Below, one piece after another: positions 8,286-16,351 of a stretch of 64,000 bases of DNA (position 1 is its first letter; every line of letters begins with the position of its first letter). This DNA is from Thermodesulfobacteriota bacterium (lineage in GTDB: Bacteria > Desulfobacterota > Desulfobacteria > Desulfobacterales > SURF-7): NCBI GenBank assembly GCA_049320885.1, contig JBMORA010000049.1, positions 1-64,000 of the forward strand, in the 5' to 3' direction. Both the position numbers and the translations under genes were made by a program. The notes beneath the pieces are model-generated. The model ran no database searches and was not told where the DNA came from. It saw nothing but the letters and a program-made list of their open reading frames with translations.

Positions 8286-10037
8286 TCAGAACCACAGGGT
8301 GGAGATGAAACAGATATCGTCATCGTCATCCAGTTCCGTGCTGCCGGATGAGGAGGTCACAGCCAGCGCTCCCGGATCGACGATGACGCCGTTGGCAATG
8401 CCGTCGCCGTCCGTGGCGGCATCACCGTCGGTGAGCTGCAGGGTGATGGTCTGGTCACCGTCGTTGCTGCCGAAGGAGACCTGTCTCCAGCCGTTGGTGG
8501 CGTCGATCTTATAGTATTTGCTGCCGACGGCCACATCGGAGGGCATTTCCAGTTCCACCGTCACCGTGGCGCCCGGCGTCAGATCGGTGATGCGAAAAGA
8601 GAACACGCCGTAGGGAAAGGAGGCTGCGGGTTTGTTCACCTGGGAGACACCGGGATCATCGTCCCCCATACACAGGACGTCGGCGAAATAGCCCTGGGAA
8701 GTATGCAGCAATACATGGGCGTTGCCGTTGGCATGGCGGAATCGCGCCGTATCCCGGTCCGCGTAATCCGCAACCCCGTCGCTATCATGATCGGCGCCGG
8801 CGCTGCCTTTTTCCTCACTGTCCAGCACGCCGTTGGCATTGGAATCGGTGCTGTCAATGGCACCGTAAACGATGATCTTGTTCTGATCCACATAATTCCA
8901 GCCGGATTCCAGGACATTGATGTCGGTGGTGCCTTCCGGCAGGGGCGAGATCTTGATGATGGTGGCGCTGCGAGTGCAGGCCCCGGCATTGTGATCCCAG
9001 CCGTTGGTATACGGCCAGATGACGTCCTGGTTGGCGGCCTTGCTGGACTGGTCCGGCGGGTTGGGGGATTTCTGGGGCACCACCACCCGGAAAGGCCCTT
9101 CTCCGTCCAGTTTGTTCTCCTGGGTCAGGACACCGGGAGTCAGATAAACCCCTTCGTGCAGGATGGCCAGAATGGCCTTGAGGCCGTTCGTGACCGGTAT
9201 GGAATCCCCGTTGGCGCGTCCGGCGCAGGAGGGGGCGCTGTAATCGCACCAGCCGTCGGTGGGATTTTCCTTCACATCGGCCTGGAGGTCATAGGAGTAG
9301 GTGGCCGGCGGGTACTGATAGTCCTGGTTCGGCATATTGCCGTATACGTGATACATTTCAGGGGAAGACTCGTATTCCAGGGGATGATACTGAGACCATC
9401 CGTCCGGCGCATAGACGGTGATATTGGTGGCCGCGCTGGTGATTCCGGCGTCGTCCAACAGGGTTTTCATGGGAACTCCGCTGTATTGATCATATGAATC
9501 CCCGGAGCGGGAGGTGTTCATGAGCATGAACTGGGTGTGTTGCTCCATGCCTTCCAGTTGTTCCCGGGTGTAGATCCGGTAAGGCGCGGTTTGCAGGCCT
9601 GGATGATCCGAATTGTCACCCGGGAAAGTGCCGGCCGCCAGTTCCGTCTGGTTGGAGTAGGAGTCGCCGTCCGCGTCGGCTCCGTCGATGGCCTTGACTG
9701 CATCGGCGTTGCGGCCGGCTGACTTATACGCCGCACCATAGGAATTGATGGTTGTGGCGATGTCGCCGGCGCCGTCATATCCGTAGGAATAATGGCACCA
9801 CTGGCAGCTGCCCAGTTTGACCTGTTTGCCCTTGCTGTCCGTGTAGGCGCCGCCGCTGTGGCATAAGGCGCAATGATCCAGTTTGGTTCCGGCCAGGGTC
9901 GGGTAGGCTTGTAAAAATTTACCGGCATCCTGCTCGCCTTCGTGATGATAGGCACCATATGCGGTTGCGCTCATCAGAAACAACAATCCGCAACAACAGA
10001 AGGAAATCAGGGTAGGCCAACGCGTTCCTTTCATCAT
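8286..10037 (-). CDS. secreted diheme cytochrome c with GEGP motif, molybdopterin-oxidoreductase-like central domain and C-terminal anchor-like domain
   Basis: Signal peptide; CALCH and CQWCH; YTREQL...YSGVPMKTLLDDAGI...LDGEGPFRVVVPQ; Ca-binding-type DxDxD motifs; FPYGVFSFRI...LTDG...DGDGIANGVIVDPG; ends DDDDDICFISTLWF. Confidence 0.8.
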   Translation of the reverse strand: MMKGTRWPTLISFCCCGLLFLMSATAYGAYHHEGEQDAGKFLQAYPTLAGTKLDHCALCHSGGAYTDSKGKQVKLGSCQWCHYSYGYDGAGDIATTINSYGAAYKSAGRNADAVKAIDGADADGDSYSNQTELAAGTFPGDNSDHPGLQTAPYRIYTREQLEGMEQHTQFMLMNTSRSGDSYDQYSGVPMKTLLDDAGITSAATNITVYAPDGWSQYHPLEYESSPEMYHVYGNMPNQDYQYPPATYSYDLQADVKENPTDGWCDYSAPSCAGRANGDSIPVTNGLKAILAILHEGVYLTPGVLTQENKLDGEGPFRVVVPQKSPNPPDQSSKAANQDVIWPYTNGWDHNAGACTRSATIIKISPLPEGTTDINVLESGWNYVDQNKIIVYGAIDSTDSNANGVLDSEEKGSAGADHDSDGVADYADRDTARFRHANGNAHVLLHTSQGYFADVLCMGDDDPGVSQVNKPAASFPYGVFSFRITDLTPGATVTVELEMPSDVAVGSKYYKIDATNGWRQVSFGSNDGDQTITLQLTDGDAATDGDGIANGVIVDPGALAVTSSSGSTELDDDDDICFISTLWF

Positions 10038-10081
10038 ACTCTACCTCCGTAAAAAAAATGGTTCGGTGATGTAAAGCGGCG

Positions 10082-11377
10082 TCAAAAATCAATGGCAAAC
10101 CGCAGCGTCAAGACGTTTTCCTTATCCACATAGTCGATGGTTCCATCCGGATGCACCTGGATGCGGATGGGATCGGAGAGGTTCGTGAATGTATAGTCGC
10201 CAACCACCTTCACCATGGGATAGAGGATCCAGTTGACCGCCAGGCTGACACTGTCCGCGTCTTCCACGGACACAAAGGTGTCCGGCGTAATCCAGTTTTT
10301 ATCTCCTGAAAAATGGTCGTAGCGCGCGGCCAGAAGAAACGCGCCGTAGGTATGTTCATCCGGGTTGAAGTTGGTGTTGGGGTAGATTGGTTGCAATACT
10401 CCCTCGCTGAAAACCGGTTGTTCGCCGGTCAGGCACCACAGCAGGCTGCCGTACCAGGCGGAGAAGGAGGCGTCCCGGGGAGGATTTCCCGCGGGCTTCA
10501 GATCCCGGTAGGAAAGGGTCATGTATTCCCCCTGGAGCGCGAAGGAGTCATGGGACCAGGCGGTTTCAGCGGCGATCCGGTCACGGGATTCAGCATCCTG
10601 CAGAACGCCGAATTTGGTGTTGGCGGAAAGAACATAGATGTTCCGGGAGATGCCGACCATGCCGGTGCTTTTGACTTTCACATCCACCTGACTGACGTCG
10701 ATGTTGGCGAAAGATCCCGCGCAACCCAGCTGAAAACCCTGGAGCCAGTCCGATTTCATTTCCCGGAAAGGTCGGAATACCAGACGGGCGGTGCATTCCG
10801 GGTCGTCCTGACGGCGGACGGCGGTGGAACCGTCGTCCCCGCTGCCGTTGAATACGCCCACCGCATAACGAACGCCGTCCTGGAACAATCCGCCATGCAG
10901 CATCAGGCCCACATCCCGTCCCGGACGAAGGGCGTTTCCCATGCTGCGCTCGGCAAAATAGATTGCTTTATCGGATGTTTGCCATTCAAGACCAAAGGGT
11001 TCCTTGAACTGGCCGAACCGCAGGCTGTGGGGTGCGAAAACCGCTTCCGCATAGGCATCCACCAAGTTGTCGGTTTCATTGCCTTGAAATTCGTATTCCA
11101 TGCCGAAGCGGAACCAGCGGGTCAACTGGCCTCGGAAAATCAGCCGGGACTGACGGATGTCGAAGCGGTTGTCCGGACGTTCGTTTTCCATATAACGGCG
11201 GTAATCCGCGTAAAAAGAGCCGCCCAGGCGCAGCGCCATGCCGCCTTCCTCTTCGGATTGGATGTAAAAACCGCCATTATATCCGGCGAAAAAAATTCGT
11301 TCCGCCGCCACCGGGGCAGGCAGGAAAACAGCCAACAGAAGCATAAAACGGAAATAGAACCTTGCGGATGATTTCAT
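10082..11377 (-). CDS. OprO/OprP-family anion-selective outer-membrane porin
   Basis: Signal peptide; FDIRQSRL, LRFGQFKEPFGLE...FAERS, GRDVGLMLHG; C-terminal Phe (LRFAIDF). Confidence 0.85.
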   Translation of the reverse strand: MKSSARFYFRFMLLLAVFLPAPVAAERIFFAGYNGGFYIQSEEEGGMALRLGGSFYADYRRYMENERPDNRFDIRQSRLIFRGQLTRWFRFGMEYEFQGNETDNLVDAYAEAVFAPHSLRFGQFKEPFGLEWQTSDKAIYFAERSMGNALRPGRDVGLMLHGGLFQDGVRYAVGVFNGSGDDGSTAVRRQDDPECTARLVFRPFREMKSDWLQGFQLGCAGSFANIDVSQVDVKVKSTGMVGISRNIYVLSANTKFGVLQDAESRDRIAAETAWSHDSFALQGEYMTLSYRDLKPAGNPPRDASFSAWYGSLLWCLTGEQPVFSEGVLQPIYPNTNFNPDEHTYGAFLLAARYDHFSGDKNWITPDTFVSVEDADSVSLAVNWILYPMVKVVGDYTFTNLSDPIRIQVHPDGTIDYVDKENVLTLRFAIDF

Positions 11378-11480
11378 GAACAGCCTGTTTTGAAAGAGTC
11401 ACAATAATAAGGTTTGGAAATAGGCGGATTGGTCTTTATAAGTCAATATGAAATTTCTGATTCATCCTGAATTGGATTAA

Positions 11481-11510
11481 AAATTACAATAAATGACAAA
11501 TAATAACATA
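11481..11510. promoter_or_regulatory. triple 10-bp direct repeat, candidate operator
   Basis: AAATTACAAT-AAATGACAAA-TAATAACATA upstream of the porin gene. Confidence 0.55.
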
Positions 11511-11543
11511 AAAGGGTGGAAACAAGGGGCATGGGAGTGGGGC

Positions 11544-11570
11544 TGCCGGCCGCGTATGCGGCGGCCGGCA
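11544..11570 (-). terminator. GC-rich hairpin downstream of the thioredoxin reductase gene
   Basis: TGCCGGCCGC-7nt-GCGGCCGGCA. Confidence 0.45.
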
Positions 11571-11601
11571 CGTTTCCTGGAAGGGATTTGGAAGAATTCG
11601 G

Positions 11602-13221
11602 TTATTGATTTTTTTGCCAGAATGGATGGATCAGATCCTCGAAGATGGTCATGGCGGCTCCGGCTCCGTGTCCGGAAGCGGTGACGATCTGCTTGAATCC
11701 GCCGACCACATCGCCCGCGGCGTAGATGCCCGGTATGGTGGTGCGGTACTGGTTATGGACAACGTAGCCGTCTTCGGTCAGGTTCAGGCCGAGCTTGCGG
11801 GCCAAATCCGTGGCCGGCAGGTAACCGATGGCGATGAACACCCCGCTGACGCCGAGAGTGGTGTCCCTGCCGGTCCGGCTGTTGTGGAGCAGAACCTCCT
11901 CGACCTCGTGCTTGCCCCGGATTTCCTTGATTTCCGTGTTGAACAGAACGGGGATATCATTCTGGGAGAGTTGCCGGCTGAGAATTTCCTGGGCCTTGAG
12001 GCGATCCCCCCGATGAATCAGGGTGACCTCGGCGCCCATGTTTTTCAGATACAGGGCTTCGGTGACGGCGCTGTTGCCGCCGCCCACCATGACCACTTTC
12101 CGGCCGGCGAACAGCGGTCCGTCACAGGTGCTGCAGTAGCTGACCCCGTGACCCGATAACCGGGATTCTCCGGGAACGCCGAGATGCCGATGAACGGCTC
12201 CGGTGGCCAGCAAAATGGTTTTTGTCTTGAATTTTCGCCGGCTGGTCTGAACGACGAAGGGCGATCCGGTGGTGATATCCATGACCTCTTCCCCTGGAAA
12301 AATCTGGACATATTCCAATGCATGGGTGACCATGATGTCCACCAGGGTTTTACCGCCCACCTGTTTCAGACCGGGATAATTTTCCACTATGGGGGTGGTG
12401 GCCACCTGGCCGCCGAGAACGCCTTTTTCCACCACCACGGATTTCAAGCCGCTGCGGGCCGCGTAAATACCGGCGGTGAGTCCGGCGGGCCCGCCACCGA
12501 TGATCACCAGGTCGGTCTCGACTTCCTCGGCATCGCTTTCCGGAATGAAAATGGTCTGCTGGACCATTTTTTCCAGGGAGGAGACAAACAGTTCTTCCGT
12601 TTGCGCGCCCTGGGCGATGAGCACGTCATCGGCATAGGTCTGGGGTACCGAATGGGCCGAATACTGTTCCGCCAGATCCGGATTGGCCTGAACATCGATG
12701 AGTTCCAGCGTGAGAATGTCCGGTCGCGCCACCGTAGCTTTCAGGGCGTTCAAGGCCTGCTGGGGACAATACGGGCAGGTGGGGCTGACGAAAACCTTCA
12801 CCGTCCGGGGAGCCTTGATCCGCTGCAGAACGGATTCCGCGCTGGGGCTCAGGTTGCTGCGGCCGAAACCGATCAGCAGGATGGCCTCCAGAAAGATGCG
12901 GCCTTCTTCGCCGATGGGCGCCCCCAGCCAGCGGATGGCGTGATGTTCCGGATCGAACAGGATGGTGGGGGCATGGGTGACATTGTGGCGGCGGGCCATG
13001 TCATGTCCCAGGTCGAACTCCTTGAGGGTGATCCGGTCCGTCAATCGCCGGAAAAACCGGATGGCCTGGCGGGCGGCGTCACTGAATACATCGTTCTTAC
13101 CGCTCCGGGTGAACAGCACCAGGGGAATATCCTGCGGCAGATCGGCAAGCATCTTTTTCAGTTGTCGTTCGATTTCCTGCTCGTGGTGGGCCTGTTCACT
13201 GTGTACATGATTCGCCGTCAT
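11602..13221 (-). CDS. trxB: thioredoxin reductase fused to N-terminal thioredoxin-fold domains (AhpF-like architecture)
   Basis: CPYC in the Trx domain; GGGPAG FAD motif; SYCSTCDG; GGGNSA; IYAAGD. Confidence 0.85.
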   Translation of the reverse strand: MTANHVHSEQAHHEQEIERQLKKMLADLPQDIPLVLFTRSGKNDVFSDAARQAIRFFRRLTDRITLKEFDLGHDMARRHNVTHAPTILFDPEHHAIRWLGAPIGEEGRIFLEAILLIGFGRSNLSPSAESVLQRIKAPRTVKVFVSPTCPYCPQQALNALKATVARPDILTLELIDVQANPDLAEQYSAHSVPQTYADDVLIAQGAQTEELFVSSLEKMVQQTIFIPESDAEEVETDLVIIGGGPAGLTAGIYAARSGLKSVVVEKGVLGGQVATTPIVENYPGLKQVGGKTLVDIMVTHALEYVQIFPGEEVMDITTGSPFVVQTSRRKFKTKTILLATGAVHRHLGVPGESRLSGHGVSYCSTCDGPLFAGRKVVMVGGGNSAVTEALYLKNMGAEVTLIHRGDRLKAQEILSRQLSQNDIPVLFNTEIKEIRGKHEVEEVLLHNSRTGRDTTLGVSGVFIAIGYLPATDLARKLGLNLTEDGYVVHNQYRTTIPGIYAAGDVVGGFKQIVTASGHGAGAAMTIFEDLIHPFWQKNQ

Positions 13222-13288
13222 GGTCCGTCCTTTTCATAATGTTCAGGTGAATAAAGCAGTAACAGTCGATCTCCTGGGTAGTAGCAAG

Positions 13289-13317
13289 AAAATATGAAAA
13301 GAAGCCCCGCCTGTCAA
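13289..13317 (-). promoter_or_regulatory. sigma-70 promoter candidate
   Basis: Minus strand TTGACA-17bp-TATTTT upstream of the Trx-TrxR gene. Confidence 0.55.
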
Positions 13318-13729
13318 GAATGACCTGGGTGAATCTTCCGGCGGGGGTTGTCGATAAAATGTCAATAACTCCATAACTGTTTGAAAAAAATATATTTAGT
13401 GAGATTCAGGCAACCTGTCGGGCCGGACTTGGGAATATTTATGCTTGACGAGGGCATTGATTCCGTTTTAAGAACCCTGCGAAACAGAACGCGGATCATT
13501 TCCTGTGGGGTGATGCCTAAGCACTGACTGCTGTTTGTTCCTGATTGCGAGCTGATGTTCCGCTTCAAGTCCTTGCGGACTTGGGTTTTATTTCCCAACA
13601 GTATCACATCCGACCCAATTCCATGGTGTTCTTACTGGTCAGCCCTCTCCGGGGCCAGAAGGACGATTGCGCGCCCGAACAGGCGGGAAACGGTAAGCTG
13701 GTCCATAACATTCCAGATGGATGCTCGAT

Positions 13730-14098
13730 ATGAAGACTGCTAAATCCAATATCATGGTTGTCGACGACGACGTTCAATTCCGGTCCATGGCGAAAACCCT
13801 GCTGACCTATCAGATGAGGGGCGACGTCCTTTCCTGTGAAAACGGCCAGGCGGCGCTGTCGCATCTGGAGATGAAAAACAATATCGATATCATCCTTTCC
13901 GATATCAACATGCCGGAAATGAACGGGTTGGAGCTGTTGACCCGCATCAAGCAGAAGTATCCGAACAAAACCTGCATCCTGATGTCCGGTGATCCGACCA
14001 ATGAAAAAACCGCCCGGGAAATGGGGGCGGACGCTTACATCAACAAGCCGTTTCACATCAATGAGATCGCCGAACTGCTCCAGACCTTCGTCAAATAA
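13730..14098 (+). CDS. single-domain response regulator (REC)
   Basis: VVDDD, ILSDINMPEMNG, YINKPF. Confidence 0.88.
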   Translation: MKTAKSNIMVVDDDVQFRSMAKTLLTYQMRGDVLSCENGQAALSHLEMKNNIDIILSDINMPEMNGLELLTRIKQKYPNKTCILMSGDPTNEKTAREMGADAYINKPFHINEIAELLQTFVK

Positions 14099-14107
14099 CG
14101 ATACCCC

Positions 14108-14788
14108 ATGAGACTGCTGCTGGTGGAGGATGATCGGAAGATCGCCGCGTTCATAACCAAGGGGTTCCGGGCCGAAGGGTTTGCCGTGGACCACGTCGTG
14201 GAAGGCGATGAGGGGTTGCACCTGGCCCTGACCGAAACATACGCCGTCGCCATCATCGATGTCATGCTGCCGAAAATGGACGGTCTGACCCTGATCGCGG
14301 AAATGCGGCGGGCCGGAATCGCCACGCCGGTGATTATCCTGAGCGCCAAGGGCCTGGTGGAGGACCGGGTGAAAGGCCTGCAGACCGGCGGAGACGACTA
14401 CCTCACCAAACCTTTCGCCTTTTCCGAGCTGCTTGCCCGGGTTCAGGCCCTGATCCGCCGCACCACCGGCGCCTCGGAGCCCACCCAACTCTCCGCCGCG
14501 GATGTCACCATGAACCTGATCACCCGGGAAGTGTTTCGGGCCGGCCGGAAAATCGAACTTCAGCCCCTGGAGTTTTCCCTGCTGGAATATCTGATGCGCA
14601 ATCCCGGACGGGTGATTTCCAAAACCATGATCATGGAACATGTCTGGGATTATTATTTCGACCCGGGATCGAATGTCGTGGAATCGAGAATTTACAAGCT
14701 GCGGGAGAAAATCGACAAGGGGTTTCCCTTCAAGCTGATTCATACGGTGCGCGGAGTCGGATATGTCCTTCGGGAAAAGGCTGAGTAG
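14108..14788 (+). CDS. OmpR-family response regulator (CusR/CopR-like)
   Basis: LLVEDD, IIDVMLP, DDYLTKPF, winged helix ending IHTVRGVGY. Confidence 0.92.
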   Translation: MRLLLVEDDRKIAAFITKGFRAEGFAVDHVVEGDEGLHLALTETYAVAIIDVMLPKMDGLTLIAEMRRAGIATPVIILSAKGLVEDRVKGLQTGGDDYLTKPFAFSELLARVQALIRRTTGASEPTQLSAADVTMNLITREVFRAGRKIELQPLEFSLLEYLMRNPGRVISKTMIMEHVWDYYFDPGSNVVESRIYKLREKIDKGFPFKLIHTVRGVGYVLREKAE

Positions 14789-16208
14789 CGTCCGGCATAC
14801 TTTGGCTTTTCGGTTGACGCTCTGGTATGCGAGCCTCTTCATGGTCTCTTCCTGCGTGGCCTTCTTTTTTTTCTATCTGCTCATCACCCTCGTGGTCAAA
14901 AACCAGACCGATCAGGATTTGCTGAGTTCGGTTCAGACCATCTCCTCCATTTACCGGCTCCAGGGCATGGACGCCGTCAGGCGCCAGGCCGTGATCGAAT
15001 CCCAGGCGGCGGGTGAGAAAAAGATTTTTTTCCGTTTTCTGTATCCCAATGGAACCGTCTTTTCCTCCTCCAATATCACCCATTGGCGCGGCATCGATAT
15101 CGGTCGCGCGGCCGTCGGCCGCCTGCTGGAGACGGGAAACCCGGTGTTCGAGGACGTGAACATCTCCGGGCAGCAGCTGAAAGTCCGGTTGCTGTATGCC
15201 GTCATCGGTCCCGGCATCATCGTCCAGCTGGGTAGGTCCATGGAAGCCCATGATCAGTTTCTGGTGGCGTTTCGAAAAATGTTCATGCTCACCATGGCGA
15301 GTCTGTTTGTTCTCGCCGTGCTGATCGGCTGGTTCCTGGCGCGCAGGGCTTTGGTGGGTGTGGAGCGGGTAAGCCGCACGGCCCAGCGGATTTCCGCCGG
15401 CAGCCTGAAAGAGCGGGTGCCGGTGGGAAACAAGGAGGATGAAATCGATCAACTGGCCCTCACCTTCAACCAGATGCTGGACCGGATTCAGACCCTCGTG
15501 GACGGAATCAAGGAAATGAGCGACAACATCGCCCATGATTTAAAAAGTCCCGTAACCCGGATCCGCGGTCTGGCCGAGGTCACCCTGACCTCGGGAAGTT
15601 CCATGGGAGACTACGAGCAGATGGCTGCCAGCACCGTGGAGGAATGCGACCGCCTGCTGGAAATGATCAACACCATGCTGCTGATCTCCAGAACCGAAGC
15701 CGGCGCGTTTTCCCCGCACCGGCAGCCCATGGATTTGTCCGGTCTGGTGGCCAACGCCTGCGACCTGTTTCAGTCCGTTGCCGAGGACAAGGGGATCGCC
15801 ATGTCCTGCGAGCTTTGTCGGCCGGCGGAATTCATGGGGGACGTGCGCCTGCTGCAGCGCATGGTGGCCAATCTCCTCGACAACGCCATCCAGTATACCG
15901 AATCCGGCGGGAGAATCGCCGTCCGGCTGGAATCCGACCCGGAAAAGGGTATTCGGATTTCCGTTACGGATACCGGCATCGGTGTTTCGGAGAAGGCCCT
16001 GCCGCGTATTTTTGAACGCTTCTACCGGGCCGATCCCAGCCGTTCGGAATCCGGGACCGGACTGGGGCTCAGTTTCGCCCGGGCCGTTGCCCGGGCCCAC
16101 GGCGGCGACATCCTGGCGGAAAGCACGCCCGGAAAGGGGAGCTGCTTCACGGTTCATCTGCCGCTGATCCATGCCGATGCGCCGGAAGTTGACAGACCCG
16201 GAAATTGA
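14763..16208 (+). CDS. HAMP sensor histidine kinase
   Basis: Two TM segments, HAMP, H-box IAHDLKSP, NLLDNA, DTGIG, GTGLGL. Confidence 0.92.
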   Translation: MSFGKRLSSVRHTLAFRLTLWYASLFMVSSCVAFFFFYLLITLVVKNQTDQDLLSSVQTISSIYRLQGMDAVRRQAVIESQAAGEKKIFFRFLYPNGTVFSSSNITHWRGIDIGRAAVGRLLETGNPVFEDVNISGQQLKVRLLYAVIGPGIIVQLGRSMEAHDQFLVAFRKMFMLTMASLFVLAVLIGWFLARRALVGVERVSRTAQRISAGSLKERVPVGNKEDEIDQLALTFNQMLDRIQTLVDGIKEMSDNIAHDLKSPVTRIRGLAEVTLTSGSSMGDYEQMAASTVEECDRLLEMINTMLLISRTEAGAFSPHRQPMDLSGLVANACDLFQSVAEDKGIAMSCELCRPAEFMGDVRLLQRMVANLLDNAIQYTESGGRIAVRLESDPEKGIRISVTDTGIGVSEKALPRIFERFYRADPSRSESGTGLGLSFARAVARAHGGDILAESTPGKGSCFTVHLPLIHADAPEVDRPGN

Positions 16209-16351
16209 CAAACGATGATGGATGAAGATAACATTTTGATCATTTTCAAGTCATCTTTCCGTTATCCGGCGGAAGTATAGTACCGGCAGTGACAATCAAA
16301 AACCAGTACCGCGGAAAAGCGGACCCGATTCCATCAGTCAAGGAGGGAAAC

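Noticed and set aside
8053..8295. N-terminal 81-aa extension of the HTH-PBP regulator given in the ORF track
   Set aside because: It spans a hairpin and the AT-rich operator region; a good RBS precedes ATG 8052. Similar over-extensions were trimmed for the ORFs at 21617, 50411, 58009, 59862 and 43814.
13320..13720. 400-bp lower-GC intergenic region, possible sRNA or small ORFs
   Set aside because: The short ORFs lack motifs and RBS, and I could not identify a convincing structure or repeat.
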